Shown piece by piece: positions 1 through 13,504 of a stretch of DNA of 64,000 bases. The stretch is from the NCBI RefSeq assembly GCF_963921235.1, contig NC_086109.1, positions 37,140,001 through 37,204,000 on the forward strand, written 5' to 3'. The stretch is from Mobula hypostoma. Lineage: Eukaryota. Within the stretch, counting starts at the first letter, position 1. Every line of letters starts with the position of its first letter. The notes under the pieces are model-generated. The model did no database searches, was not told the DNA's origin, and saw only the letters and a program-made list of their open reading frames with translations. The position numbers and the translations under genes are program-made.

Positions 1-109
1 ACTGAACTTGTATCTACATACCCTAACTCCATTTTATCCCACTTGGTTCAGTCCCTTCCCAGCTAGATGTGCCAAAGGATCTGTTTCTACACTGGAGTGT
101 TCTATGACT

Positions 110-1900
110 ATGACTCTATTGCCTGGACTTCTTCTGTTCTACATTGCTTCTGAACTTCTTCTGTTCTACATTGACAACTACATTGGTGCTGCTTCATGCT
201 CCTTTGCTGAGCTTGTCGTTTTCATTAACTTTACCTTCAATTTCTACCCTTCCCTTAAATTTGCTTAGTTCATTTCTGACATTTCTCTCACCTTTTTCGA
301 TCTCCCTGTCTCCATCTCTGGAGCCAACTATCTAACGATATATTTTTATAAACCTAACAATTCCCACAGCTACCTTGACCATACCTCTTCCCATCCTGTC
401 TCCTGTGAAAATGCCGTTCTCCTTTCTCATTTCTTTTGACTCCACCGCATCTGTTCCCAAGATGTGGCTTTTCTTTCAAGGACATTGGAGATGTTCTTCT
501 TCAAAGAATGGGATTTCGACTACTCCACCAATGATGCTGCCCTCACCCACATCTAGTCCACTTCCTGAACATCTGCACTCACCACGACTTCCCGCCACCT
601 TAACAAGGATAAAGTTCCTCTTGTCCTCACCTAACACCGCATGAGCCTCCGGATCGATTACATCATTCTGTGCAACTTCTGCCATCTTCAACAGTTTCCT
701 ACCACAATATATGCCTCTACCTCTCCCCTACTCTCTGCTTTCCACAGGGACTGATCCCTCCATGATTCCCTTGTCTATTCATCCATCACCAACTATCTCC
801 CTCCTGATGCTTATTCCTGTAAATGGCGTAAGTGCTACCCCTGCCCACTCACCTCCTCTCTCACTTCCATTCAGAGCCCTAAACAGTTCTTCCAAGTGAG
901 GCAACATTTCACATAATTCTGATAGGGTCGTCTACTCTATCTGGTGTATCTGAAGCAGCCTTTTCTACATTGGTGGGATATGATATAGACCTGCTTCTGC
1001 ACCAACCGCAAAATTAGAAATTCCCAGTGGCCAACCATTTTGTTTCCAATCCCCTTTCCCATTCCGGCATGTTGGTCCGTGCCATCCTCTCCTGCCACAA
1101 TGAGGCTACTCTCAGGTTGAAGGAGTAACATTTCATATGGCACGGTTGAATGGTGGAGTGCCACTGTAGCACAGAGGATAGCACGGTAGCGTAGTGGTTA
1201 GCACAGCACTTTACAGTGCAGGTGATACCAGTTCAATTCCCACTGCTGCCTGTAAGGAGTTTGAACCTCTTCCAGTGGTTTTCATCCTGAGGCTCTGGTT
1301 TCTTCCCACAGTCCAAAGATGTACCAGCTGGTAGGCTAATTTGGTCATTGGGAGTCATCCCGTGATTAGGCTGGGTTAAATTGAGGGTTGCTGGACAGTG
1401 TGGCTCAAAGAATCAGAAAGGCCTATTCCGCACTGTATCTCAATAAATAAATAATTAAAATATTCCATCTCGGTAGCCTTCAAACTGATGCATGAACATC
1501 GACTTCTCCAACTTCCGGTAATTTTATGCCACTAACCCCTTTCTTTTACTTCAGTTCCCCACTCTGGCCACTTACCTCTTCTCCTCGCCTGCCTATCTTC
1601 CCTCCTACTTCCCTTAGTCCCATGGCCCACTCTCCTTTCTTAGTAGATTCCTTTTTCACCAGCCCTTTATATTTTTCACCTATCACCCCCCAGCTTCTTA
1701 CTTCCTCCCCCATTCCCCCACCCACCTGGCTTCACCTGTCACCTTCTAGCTTGTTCTCCTTTCCTTCCCCTTCTTATTCTGGCACCTACCCCTTCCTTTC
1801 CAGTTTTGGTGAAAGCTCTTGGCTTGAAACATCAACTATTTATTTCCTTAGAGGCTGCCTGGTCTGCTGAGTTCCTCTGGCATTTTGTATGTATTGCTTG
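110..1900 (+). mobile_element. Decayed Penelope-like element (RT C-terminus, GIY-YIG region, 3' terminal repeat), interrupted by a SINE at 1139-1459
   Basis: FYIDNYIGAASCSFAELVVFINFTFNFYPSLKF matches RYIDDCIGAASSMHAEVVDFINFASNFHPALKF of the element at 26.9-29.8 kb; the sequence on both sides of the SINE is colinear with that element. Confidence 0.85.
1139..1459 (+). mobile_element. tRNA-derived SINE (HE1/V-SINE-like)
   Basis: A-box-like TAGCGTAGTGG, B-box-like AGTTCAATTCC, central GGTTTCTTCCCACAGTCCAAAGA shared with other copies in the window, (AATA)n tail. Confidence 0.75.
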
Positions 1901-2064
1901 TTTTTAAACAATTTGCTTGGAACAAATATTTTTCAGTATTTGTAATTAGCTCCTTTTTTAAAAGTAGCTCAATTTATTGATAGTAGAATAGGCTTTTGTT
2001 TAAACACGAGTAACTGCCAGAAAACCATCAAGACAGTCAGTTGATCTGCTTCATATTCATAGGT

Positions 2065-2725
2065 TACCCACTGCCCCCCCAGGCTGGGTGTGTAGGGTGT
2101 CCAGGGAGGGGTAGAACTTTTAGTGGTGGGCTTGTCATGTTCCACCCAGGGCAGCTCATCCACTTTTGGTACCCACACGCCACCCAGCTCTCACCAAGTG
2201 AAGAGTCTCAATCAAGTGGAGGAGCCGAAGAGTCCTGAGCATCAATACCAGGGCATTTATAGGAATGAGGTAAGTGAATGAACTGAGAAAATTCAATGGA
2301 TCTTAGGTGAAATGTACAAAGGCATTAAAAATAGAAACCAGACAGTGATGCTAAATTGCTTGCCTGCGGCAGTAGCCACATCCCAGTACATGGCTTTGAC
2401 AGGCGGGCTAAACCAGGTGTGGGTAGCCGGGAGCCTCCAATCCAGATAAGATAGGGATACACCTACTCCAGCATTCGAAGCCAGTTCTGGCGGACTGGGC
2501 AGTTGAAATCATCTTCAAGATCCAGCGGCCCAGAAGGTGGTGCTGCAAAGCTTCATGGAGAGCAAAGGGCATGACAAAGCATAGAGACATCATGGCTATC
2601 CACTGCAGCCAAGGAAGTCTCCAGACTTGAGCCTTTTTCCTACCATTGGACCAAGGTCTTTGAGGCCGAGAGAGTGGAACTGCCCCAATGAAATGGCTTT
2701 TTCACGATAAACTCCTCCCTCACCG
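2065..2725 (+). mobile_element. Interspersed repeat, probably derived from a LINE 5' region, interrupted by a local duplication at 2204-2360
   Basis: GC-rich block in an AT-rich background; family not assignable without a search. Confidence 0.35.
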
Positions 2726-3121
2726 TTTTTTCTCTGTGCACTTACTTCATCGTTGGAAACAGCAGATCACCAACAGACCACTATGAAGGATGGCTACAAG
2801 AGCAGCTCCATCAGGATATTGGGAGCAGCAAAAGGTTAGCGAGGGATATGCAGTTCATTGGAGAGCAAATGCAAACCACAGGTTAGGTCAAACACAATCA
2901 ATCAACCATAAACACTGAACCACATTTAAAAGCCAAATAATTCAAGCCATAACTATAGGTGGTATAGTCTCAACCAAATGGAGGAGCAGAAGGATCCTGA
3001 GCATAAAGACAGGACCTTTATAGGAATGTGGGAAGTGAATGAACTGAGAAAATTCAATGGATCCGAGGTGAAATGTACAAAGGCATTAAAAATAGAAACC
3101 AGATAGTGATGCTAAATTGCT
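2204..3121 (+). repeat. Dispersed direct repeat of about 157 bp (2204-2360 and 2966-3121)
   Basis: Both copies contain AAGTGAATGAACTGAGAAAATTCAATGGATC...AGGTGAAATGTACAAAGGCATTAAAAATAGAAACCAGA(c/t)AGTGATGCTAAATTGCT. Confidence 0.9.
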
Positions 3122-3226
3122 AACAAAATGTGTGTCAGCCTTCAGTTGAATATTATATAATATGGTAGAGGAGTGATGCTGGAACTATGAAAATAGTAAC
3201 TGTTCTAAATTAACAGAGATAATTAG

Positions 3227-3474
3227 GTGAAGGTGAACTTTCACTGTCAATACATGAGTAATGACAGATTCAGTATTATCACCAAAATTGTGAAACAGGA
3301 AAACAAAAGTGTCCATAAACAATTAAAAATATTCTCCAAAGTTGCCCTGTGCTGGGAAAATGTCTCAGTTTGTACCAATGCTGCACTTGGAAATATTTCT
3401 GGTCACACATAATGCAACCCATCTGTTTGGCTCCAAAGTTGTGCAGGCCTCTGCATGTCCTCTCCAGTTTGTTG
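3227..3474 (+). mobile_element. Possible ancient hAT (Buster-like) transposase remnant, split by the CR1 insertion
   Basis: LCWENVSVCTNAA resembles the LxWxNxVxVCTDGA motif; VVASTMLMCMHSI after the CR1 weakly resembles the HCxxH region. Confidence 0.25.
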
Positions 3475-5536
3475 CAAAGAGAAAGAAAGATCCCTAAGGG
3501 GAGTAAGGGGAGGCCATGGCTGACAAGGGAAGTAATGAACAGTATAAAAATAAAAGAGAAGAAGTATAACATAGCAAAGACGAGTGGGAAGCCGGAGGAT
3601 TGGGAAACTTTTAAAGAGCAACAGAAGGTAACTAAAAAGGCAATACGTGGGAAAAAAAATGAGGTACGAAGGTAAACTAGCCAAGAATATAAAGGAGGAT
3701 AGTAAAAGCTTCTTTAGGTATGTGAAATGGAAAAAAATAGTTAAGACCAAAATTGGGCCCTTGAAGACAGAAGCGGGTGAATTTATTATGGGGAACAAGG
3801 AAATGGCAGACGAGTTGAACAGGTACTTTGGATCTGTCTTCACTAGGGAAGACACAAACAATCTCCCAGATGTAATAGTGGCCAAAAGACCTAGGGTAAT
3901 GGATGAATTGAAGGAAATTTATATTAGGCAGGAAATGGTGTTGGATAGGCTGTTGGGTCTGAAGGCTAATAAGTCCCCGGGACCTGATGGTGGTGCATCC
4001 CAGGGTAGTTAAGGAAGTGGCTTTAGAAATCGTGGATGCATTGGTAATCATTTTCCAATATTCTATAGATTCAGGATCAGTTCCTGTGGATTGGAGGGTG
4101 GCTAATGTTGTTCCTCTCTTCTAGAAGGGAGGAAGAGAGAAAACAAGGAATTATGGACCGGTTAGCCTGACATCTGTGGTGGGAAAGATGCTGGAGTCAA
4201 TTATAAAAGATGAAATTACAACACATCTGGATAGTAGTAACAGGATTGGTCCGAGTCAGCATGAATTCACAAAGGGGAAATCATGCTTGACTAATCTTTT
4301 GCAATTTTTTGAGGATGTAACTATGAAAATGGACAAGGGAGAGCCAGTGGATGTAGTGTACCTGGATGTTCAGAAAGCCTTTGATAAAGTCCCACATAGG
4401 AGATTAGTGGGCAAAATTAGGGCACATGGTACTGGGGACAGAGTACTGACATGGATTGAAAATTGGCTGGCTGACAGAAAATGAAGTGTAACGATTAACG
4501 GGTCCCTTTCGGAATGGCAGGCAGTGACCAGTGGGGTACCGCAGGGTTCAGTGCTGGGACCGCAGCTGTTTACAATATATATTAGTGATTTAGATGAGGG
4601 AATTAAAAGTAACATTAGCAAATTTGCCGATGACACAAAGCTGGGTGGCAGTGTGAAATGTGAGGAGGATGTTATGAGAATGCAGGGTGACTTGGACAGG
4701 CTGGGTGAGTGGGCAGATGCAGTTTAATGTGGATAAATGTGAGGTTATCCACTTTGGTGGTAAGAACAGGAAGGCAGATTATTATCTAAATGGAGTCAAG
4801 TTAGGAAAAGGGGAAGCACAACGAGATCTAGGTGTTCTTGTACATCAGTCACTGAAAGCAAGCATGCAAGTACAGCAGGCGGTGAAAAAAGCTAATAGCA
4901 TGCTGGCCTTCATAACAAGGGGAATTGAATATAAGAGCAAAGAGGTCCTTCTGCAGCTGTATAGGGCCCTGGTGAGACCACACCTGGAGTACTGTGTGCA
5001 GTTTTGGTCTCCAAATTTGAGGAAGGACATTCTTGTTATTGAGGGAGTGCAGCGCAGGTTCACAAGGTTAATTCCAGGGATGGCAGGACTATCATATGTC
5101 GTAAGATTGGAGCGACTGGGCTTGTATACTCTGGAATTTAGAAGGCTGAGAGGGGTATTTATTGAAACATATAAGATTATTAAGGGATTGGACACACTGC
5201 AGGCAGGAAACATGTTTCCACTGATGGGTGAGTGCAGAACCAGAGGCCACAGTTTAAGAATTAGGGGTAGGCCATTTAGAACGGAGTTGAGGAAAAACTT
5301 TTTCACCCAGAGAGTGGTGGATATATGGAATGCTCTGCCCCAGAAGGCTGTAGAAGCCAAGTCTCTAGATGCTTTCAAAAAAGAGATGGATAGAGCTCTT
5401 AAAGATAGTGGAATCAAAGTTTATGGGGATAAGGCAGGAACTGGATTCTGATAGTGGATGATCAGCCATGATCACAGTGAATGGCGGTGCTGGCTCGAAG
5501 GGCCGAGTGGCCTACTCCTGCACCTATTGTCTATTG
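3475..5536 (+). mobile_element. 5'-truncated CR1 LINE (decayed ORF2 RT)
   Basis: RT motifs YLDVQKAFDKV, SGVPQGSVLGP, KFADDTKL and RPHLEYCVQFWSP; stops and frameshifts; (CTATTG)n-type tail; very similar to 20030-22082. Confidence 0.95.
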
Positions 5537-6049
5537 AAAGTGGTAGCCAGCACTATGTTAATGTGTATGCATTCTATCATGACAAACTGACTTAGGGCAG
5601 AGGTCACACCTTACACTGTTGCAGAAGTAAGAGCTCCCTCATTACAACAGTACTGTACTGGAATCTGCAAAACAACAATAACAGCATGGCCGATTCGTTT
5701 CCACAATTGATTGAGGTTTTGAATCAGCAGGTACACTCCAGCAATCCATCTACACACAAATTAATTGGCCAAGTTATGCCAACCACCAGTTAGGGTTTCA
5801 TAGATTCTCGAGTGATACAAATCAGTTTTGCCTCGGGGTAATAGATTTCATGCTCCCACCACTGTGTGTCACCGAGCAAATCTAGACTCCTGTTGTTCAT
5901 GATAATGAACTGCTATGCAAGATCAAGCCATCTGAGTCATGAACTACTGGCAGTAAACCTTCAGGCCAATGTACGGCACTTTGCCCAGGATCAGATCAAC
6001 TGGTAGAAGCAGGTTCTGGCACTTAATACATGTTTATGTTTTAATATAT

Positions 6050-6310
6050 AGAGGGATATCCCTTTAGAACAGAGATGAGGAGGAATTTCTTTAGCTAGAG
6101 GGCAATGAGTCTGTGGAATTTATTGCTAGAGACTGCTGTGGAAGACAAGTCATGGAAGCAGAGATTAATAGGTTCTTGATTGTCAAAGGTTACGAGAAGA
6201 AAGCAGGAGAAGGAGTTTTAAGGGATAGTAAATCAGCCATAATGGAATGGCACAGCAAACGTGATGGGCTGAATGGTCTAACTCTGCCTCTATGTCTTAT
6301 GGTCTTATGA
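6050..6310 (+). mobile_element. CR1 3' fragment
   Basis: GAGATGAGGAGGAATTTCTTTAGC (RRNFFS motif), 3' GGGCTGAATGG hairpin region, TCTTATG tail. Confidence 0.8.
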
Positions 6311-6404
6311 AGACTATGAATTATTTTGACATAAATCAATAGGAAGGGTAAAACCAGCAGCTTTCAAAGTAAGATTATAAACTGAACCATAAATTTGGAG
6401 TGAA

Positions 6405-6690
6405 CTATTTATTTATCTAGAGATACAGTGTGGAACAAGCCCTTCAACAAGCCACATTGCCCAGCAACCTAGCTACTTAACCCTAGCCTAACCACAGGAC
6501 AATTTGTAATGACGATTAAGTTATCCGGTATGTTGTTTGGACTGTGGGAGGAAACCGGAGCACCTGGAGGAAGCCCACGCTTTCACAGGGAGGAACATAC
6601 AAACTCCTTACAGACAGCACCAGAACTGAACTTCGAACTCCAGAACGCCCCAAGCTGTAATAGCGTCACACTAACTGCTGCGCCATCGTG
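6405..6690 (-). mobile_element. tRNA-derived SINE
   Basis: Reverse complement of the 1139-1459 SINE core (TTGGACTGTGGGAGGAAACC, AAACTCCTTACAG). Confidence 0.75.
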
Positions 6691-6904
6691 ATAATATGAA
6701 TGCTTTATACAAGCAGCTCAGTTCCGCACCTTGCATTCTGATAAATCAGTTTATAATTGTCACATAAACCAAAGTACAGAGGGTAAAGCTTTGTTTTCCA
6801 TTCCACCCATGCAGATCATTTCATCACATCAATACATCAAGGTAGTGAAAAGGAAAAGCAATAACAGAATATAGTGTAGTACTTCTTAGAGTCTTAGAAT
6901 TTAG

Positions 6905-7520
6905 ATATATGGAAGCACCAATGTCCAGGAACAGAAAAAGTTTGTAGAAAATTAAAGTACAGCGCAGTCCATCACAGGCAAAGCCCATCCCCCCCAACTA
7001 CCGTCATTGAGCACATTTATATGGAGTGTCACCGCAAGAAAGCAACGTCCATCATCAAGGACCCTCATCATCCAGGCCATGCTTTCTACTCATAATTACC
7101 ATCAGGGAGGAGGTACAGGAACCTTAGGTCCGAGATCACCAGGTTCTGGAACAGTTATCCAACCGTCAGGTTCCTGAACCAGTGTGAATAATTTCACTCA
7201 CCAAAACCCTGAACTGATTGCATAACCTATTAACTCACTTTCATGGACCCTTCAACTCAAGTTGTCAGTATTGTTTATTTAGCTAATTATCTATCTATAT
7301 ATTTTTTAATTATTTGCACAATTTGTCTTTATTGCACATTGCTTTTGTCAGTTTTTGTTTATGTATTAGCTTTTCATAAATTCTATTGTATGACTTTATT
7401 TTCCTGTTAATACCTGCAGGAAAATGTATATATATTTATATATGTATATATGTATATTATATGTATATATATTTATATATCATATATTTATTTTGATAAT
7501 AAATTTGCTTTGACTTTGAT
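6905..7520 (+). mobile_element. LINE 3' fragment (Rex1/Babar-like) containing a TA-rich microsatellite
   Basis: AQSITG...KATSIIKDPHHPGH...PSGRRYR motif; homologous pieces at 25850-26150 (-) and 33746-34010 (+). Confidence 0.7.
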
Positions 7521-8245
7521 TTAGTAGAGCAGAACCATTTTTAAAAAAGTAATGCATCAATCTAAAGGGAGCAGTTTGCAATCAGTTGCCTTGCTTCCGT
7601 GCTATCTTAGGTACTGTGGTAATACTAAAGTCATGCTCGATTTCATCGTTGGACCTCAAAAATGAACTGAAACAGCCCTATCCTGAAGCATTTGTCAGCT
7701 CTGCTTCCAGTTTTGCTAGCTATCAAACCTGAAAGGATTCTTAAATATATTTGTTTAATATAATATTAAATAACTCAGAATGAAATAAATGTAAAATTGT
7801 AAATACTATCAAATAATTTTAAGACAGTTAAAACTGTTTAAATAATTGGAGACAAAAATAAAAGAATTATTCACTTAAAAATTATATTCCCTTTTTTTCT
7901 GTCTTTGTAATTCCCAGGTACTGCCTAGTGCAGGATCCAGAGAAGATTTATAAGAACCAATTTTACAGGAGACGTTAGCAAGGATTGAGAAAGCTCAGCA
8001 TGACTGAGTTACACCTTTGAATTGGATTGGGAACATGGTAGTGGAGTACTGAAACAAGTACAATGCCTGCTATATTTCTGTCACATTGGTGAAGTCTGAA
8101 TGTTTTACCTTGGTTTGTTTTAAACATAAGTGATTGTCAGCAAAATCCAGTCCAGAATTGCTTTAAACTAGTTAGGTTTGTTAAGCAAGTACAGAAAGAG
8201 GAGGGGTTGTGTAAGTTCATATGAAAAGTACATCAACAGAATTTT

Positions 8246-8760
8246 AAACACAAGAGATTCTGGTGTTGGAAATCCAGAGCAACACACACAAAATGCTGAA
8301 GGAACTCAGCAGGTCAAGGCAGCATTTATGGAAAGAAAATAAAAGTCAACTTTTTTGGTCAGAGGTTCCTTACTCAGGACTGGGAAGGAAGGAGAAAGAA
8401 GCCAGAATAAGATGATGAGTGAAGGGAAGGAGTACGAGCTGGCCAGTGACAGGTGAGACCAGGTGAGGGGGAATGTGGGCAGGAGGGGGAGGACATTGAA
8501 GCGAGAAGCAGTAAGGTGATATATGGAAGCAGTGAAGGGCTGAAGAAGAAGAAATCTGAGGAGAGGACAGTGGGCCACGGGAGAAAGGGAAGGAGGAGGG
8601 GCAATAGAGGAACAAGATGGACGGGTGAGGACAAGAGAAGGAGAAAGTGGGGAACCAGCATGGTGAATGTAAAAGAAAAAAGTGGGGCGGGGGGGAGAAA
8701 TTACCGGAGGTTAGAGAAATCGATATTCATGCCATCGTGTTGGAGGTCACCCAGATGGAT
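8246..8760 (-). mobile_element. Penelope-like terminal repeat fragment
   Basis: Homologous to 1460-1900 and 26872-27350. Confidence 0.8.
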
Positions 8761-9696
8761 TTTTAAAATTTATTTTATTTTGTGTAGGATGTGAACACAC
8801 CTACTTAGAGGGTTCAGGATGTGAATGCAAAAGTACAGAAAGCAGTTATAAATATTAAAAACTGTATTGCTTTTTGTTGCCTAGGACTGGAGGGCAGAAG
8901 GAATAATTTCTTTCTTTAGTATGGCCATATTTAGAGCTTTGATCTTTGTATTTAAGAGATACATTGGTTTTGAAGTGAATGCAATCTAAATTACTAAATT
9001 TTATCCTTGATATGAGGGCTTTACCTTCGGAGGGGAGGGACTGAGCTGCAATGATCTTATCATGGATATTTGCTTCCTGGTCCATAGGATCTCAGATTCT
9101 GCCAAGCTTGCTTTTTAAACACAGTAGCTGCCATTTGTATGATTAAACAGATGTAAATAAACTTCCAAACATATTTATCTATCTTCTGGTCGTAAACAGG
9201 AGCCAGTCTTCAGTTCTTATAAAGTAATTTGCAAGTGTAATCAGTTTGAAATTTAAACAAAGTACTGTCTATAGAGCAGTTTTACAAAGAATCTCTGTAT
9301 AGTGCCTCAGTCTTGCTGGCTCTTAACAAGAGACTGACTGCTGAAGGAATGCAGTATAAGACAATTTAATTTGGCTTGTTTCAAAATAGGCAATGTTAAC
9401 CAAGTTGCTTAGTTCAAGGAAGCATGCAGATCAGACAGATAATACCATTTAGTATATCCAAAAGCTGTTCTATTGATGTTGGAAGTTTTATGTACTTAAG
9501 GGAATTAACATTACAACATTAAATGAGTAGCTGGGATCCATGTCTCCAACAAGCTTTTAGAGTGTTTGTGTAAAAAGGGTGTCTGAGGAAATACCATAAA
9601 TGTGTGAAGTCTCCCAAGTGAAAGAAACAGGGTATAAATGTAGACAGCAGGTCAGGCTTATTACTAGAAACATCAGGAAGCATAAAAGGAATATGG

Positions 9697-10495
9697 GGTG
9701 GAGCTACGATGGAGCAACAGCGACTCCTTCGAGCTCATTTGAGGAAATGGTTTCATTTGTACCTTTGACGCCTCTCTTTTTCCTTTTCAGGGTGGATGCG
9801 GTTCTGTTGGAGACCGTGAATTCGATTCTTGGCGGTGGTGGGACCCTATCCCCAGGGCTCATAACCAGACACTTTTCAAAATTCCAAGGACGCAGCCTGA
9901 GAGACAAGCGCACGTTCAGGGTGCCAAGGCTTCACGGCCCTGTCGACGAGTTGATTCTATGATGCTGCATCGCAGGAGAAAATGGAATATCGGGATCAGC
10001 AGAACAGCTGTCAGAGACTCTGTACTTGGCTAATTACTCTCTCTCTCTCTCTCGATGGTGAAGGAGAATTCAGGAAAAAAACGATGCGATAAACTTTATC
10101 ATCCAAATCAGTGAGTTGTTTTGTTATGTCTCCTCTCTCACCGTGAAAGAGGACACCTCTCTTGCCTTTATTTGGGAGAGAGAGAGAGAGTCTGTGGTAT
10201 GTCGAATTGTTGGGTGTTTTTGTTAAACTGCAGATCATGAGATCATAATCTTTCTAGGAGGCTTTGTTATTGCTTCTTTGGTGGGTGGAGGATGCTGATG
10301 CATTTTTGTGGAAGTAATTGGGGGTGAGGGAGGGTCATTACTTTGCTGCTACTTGTGCTTGGAGGAGTAGGGGCCTTTTTTACTGTCACTAAATCTTTGG
10401 AGCACTCTTCTGTTTTCATGAATGTCTACGAAGAACAAGAATTTCAGGATGTATATTGCATTAATTTCTCTGATATTACATGGAACGAATGAAAC
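9697..10495 (+). mobile_element. Non-autonomous interspersed element with (CT)n and (GA)n tracts
   Basis: Absent from the paralogous segment near 38860; CpG-rich 5' part; no recognisable ORF. Confidence 0.6.
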
Positions 10496-11804
10496 TATTC
10501 CTTTGGCTTCGGTTTCTGTAACAGATGATTCACTTGTCTGCATCATTGGAATGTCCATTCAGTTTATAGGAATTATACCTGTGTTTTGGAAATTCTTTGT
10601 GTTTTAGAAATAGTTTCTAATTTGGAAAAGTTAATATTGAAATCCTCTGTGAGTTTTAAATGTGTTTAGATTTAAATGTGCATCACTGAAATTAAATGAA
10701 CTGTGATTTAAACTATTTTGTTAGCTGGTAGTATCTTCTCCTTAGGGAGGATGGACCCACTACTTAAATGGTGGGCATTGGCAGCTAAACTCTCCATGGT
10801 GAATAAACTGAATATTGGGTAGTTACAGTATAATCTCCCCTTAGTGAGAGTACTCATGGCTACTTGCTATGCATCTGATAGGGTTTAAGGTCTTCTTTGA
10901 GTTTATGACTTCACAGTCAGCAAACCCAATACCACAAATGCCGACCCTTAATGACATTTAGAAGAACTACAAGTACATACACAGAGAAGAACTGGCAAAA
11001 AGGAATACATCTCAATCAAATGCAGAATTCTGGGCTGGTGGGCATCATCTCACTTTAGGGATTGACTATTTAGGACTGAAATAGAGAGAAATTATAAGAT
11101 GTAGATATATTTCTTTTGAGAGAAAGGTGAAAATCATTTCAATTCTCTACCCTTACCATAGTCAAGCCAATCTGGTCAAACCATTGTTGTAGCCAAGTCC
11201 ATTTTCTCAAGGCAATCTTATTTATTAAAGAAGATTATGATCACATTTATCTTTGTCAGAGGATTGATTTTGCAGAAAACAGCAATAGCCCCATTAGCAT
11301 TCAATAGCTTTGTTTTATTGCTGTGATGCCCCATGGATAGGTACTTGATTTTGATTATTTTTTCTGCAAATCAATCATCAAATTTACTTCTTTATTCAGC
11401 AGCTTTAATTTGTCTTTCACTCAGAAGTTCCTTACTTATTCAGACAGGGTCTTAACCAAAGTGATTGCATCTAATATAAAGGTGGGAATTACCTAGAATT
11501 CTGTAAAGTTTGATCATTATCACATCTATGAATGCTCTGCTAATTTGGCATCTGGATTAAAGTCATTGCCTACTTGATCACTCTTTGGATTGAATGGACA
11601 TGTTTAGTGTTGGAATTCTCAGTCTCTTCCATTTCTCATGTCATTCATGCATTACTTGAGACACCCATAAATGTAGCTGTAATCCCATTTAACACACAAG
11701 GTGACTTGTGCAAGCATAATACTAACATGCAAAATGGAAATACGTTGTTCCAACTCAAGTCTGTTCAGATATCTATTAGATCCTAGCTAATCTGTTCATA
11801 ATTC

Positions 11805-12215
11805 AAAAACACACATAAGAGTTGCTGGTGAACACAGCAGGCCAGGCAACATCTCTAGGAAGAGATACAGTCGACGTTTCGGGCCGCGACCCTTTGTCAG
11901 GACTAACTGAAAGAAGAGCTAGTAAGAGATTTGAAAGTGGGAGGGGGAGGGGGAGATCAGAAGTGATAGGAGAAGACAGGAGGGGGAGGGATGGAGCCAA
12001 GAGCTGGACAGTTGATTGACAAAGGGGATACAAGAGGATCATGGGACAGGAGGCCTAGGGAGAAAGAAAAGGGGGAGGGGGGAAACCCAGAGGATGGGCA
12101 AGGGGTATAGTGAGAGGGACAGAGGGAGAAAAAGAATGTGTGTATATAAATAAATAACGGATGGGGTGCGAGAGGGAGGTGGGGCATTAGCAGAAGTTTG
12201 AGAAGTCAATATTCA
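11805..12215 (-). mobile_element. Penelope-like terminal repeat with a mutated hammerhead motif (11869-11904)
   Basis: Near-identical to 26875-27295; minus strand reads AGTC-CTGACAA-AGGGTCGCGGCCC-GAAAC-GTC-GACT. Confidence 0.85.
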
Positions 12216-12997
12216 TAATTCTATTGATCGACTTGAAAGATGTTCTCAATACCCATAATGAATAAATCTAAACATTAACAATTTTAACTAAGCCAACACC
12301 ACACACTTTGGGGGAAGAAAATGGAATAATTATTGACTAGTTATTGACTAGAACTAGTCTCTCACAGTTATTTTATTCAATTCAAGCCAAGGGGAAAAGA
12401 CCAGTAGCATTTCCTCTTACCAGGCATAGAATTCTCTAACATGTGTGCCAAGCTAGCACAGGGCATACTGTCACTCCAACATTATAGTCCTGTTTCCTTC
12501 CCACAAGCTCAACCCCCGCCTAACCCATCATGCTTTACCTGATCTCTCTCTCTCACTCAATTTCACTCCAGGCAGATCTTGGCCTTAGCTTCAAATGCTT
12601 TCTATCAGCACCACACATATATGAAAAAAATACTTTCAGCAAGGCTATTTCAATATTGTCCAACTCTTGGGGCTAAGGTTGTGCTGAATTTCTAAGCAGA
12701 AGGCCAATTCATGTTCCTCTGCAATTGCAGTTGAGTTCCAAAAATTCTGGTTTCGACTGTTTTTGAGAATTCTGATAGATCACAGCAACTTTATTTTATA
12801 AGCAAAACAAAACAATATGCTTCAATATATTGCTTAAATACAATGAACTATTAGACTAATGACATTCATGTAAACTTGGGATTCATTTGCTCTGCAGTAA
12901 AACAATTCCTTTATATAGCTTCTGATGTTTCAGAAGAGCTTAACAAGTGTTGTATTTCACAAAATATTTAGAGTACAGCACTGCTTTACAATTTTGT

Positions 12998-13049
12998 TCA
13001 AATGAATCCCATCTTCTTGAATACCACGTTCAGTCGTGGCTTATTGATG
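12998..13049 (-). CDS. Candidate terminal coding exon (INKPRLNVVFKKMGFI*)
   Basis: Acceptor ttttgcttctgacctgtttag, open phase-2 frame ending in TGA, minus-strand AATAAA at 12790-12795; protein not recognised. Confidence 0.25.
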
Positions 13050-13504
13050 CTAAACAGGTCAGAAGCAAAAGTAATTAGATTTGTAGTCAATGTAAGATTT
13101 ATGGACCAATAAAAGAATGAAGAGAGTTATTGGTTTGTTTTGTAATTTATTCATTTATCATTAATTTCAAGAATAATACCATTCGACAAATTACTAGCAG
13201 ACAACTAAATCACCCCAAACTAACTAACTAAGCAGAATTATTCCTGCTGAACTGGTACCCCAAAACAAATGAGGTTTATTCCATCATAACAAATTCAGTC
13301 ACTATATCTGGCAAATTGTGAGTAAGTTAAAAAATAAGTAAGATAAAATAACTAGCTGCTTATAAGTGATTTTAATGAGTTCAAAAATCATTCACAGTTC
13401 CTCTAATACTGAAATAACTAATTCCAGCCTGTTGACGACAGGTCAACATCTAAAATGGGACTGAAATATTCGAGGTCGGCCAAGGTGTGACAAGTAAAGG
13501 AGTG

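Larger units (their letters stand above)
7918..10936 (+). pseudogene. Decayed coding segment of an unknown protein, copy 1 (interrupted by insertions at 8246-8760 and 9697-10495)
   Basis: Colinear with the reverse complement of 38376-40520, clearly so from 9105 to 10936 and weakly upstream; same-frame peptides differing at synonymous positions; a strong 3' splice site ends at 7917. Confidence 0.6.

Noticed and set aside
127..173. 20-bp direct repeat ACTTCTTCTGTTCTACATTG, considered as a possible array
   Set aside because: Only two units inside a decayed Penelope RT; no CRISPR array or prokaryotic system was seen anywhere in the window
1180..1250. tRNA gene
   Set aside because: The A and B boxes belong to a SINE head; there is no complete cloverleaf
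3403..5417. Long minus-strand ORFs here and over the other LINEs
   Set aside because: These are antisense shadows of CR1 ORF2 and similar TE reading frames
7918..7953. Terminal exon VLPSAGSREDL* with an ER-retention-like REDL (CRELD2-like C-terminus)
   Set aside because: The weakly aligned paralogous segment reads EVLYD through the same position (TAT versus TAA), so the stop may be decay, and no upstream CRELD2 exons were seen; not fully excluded
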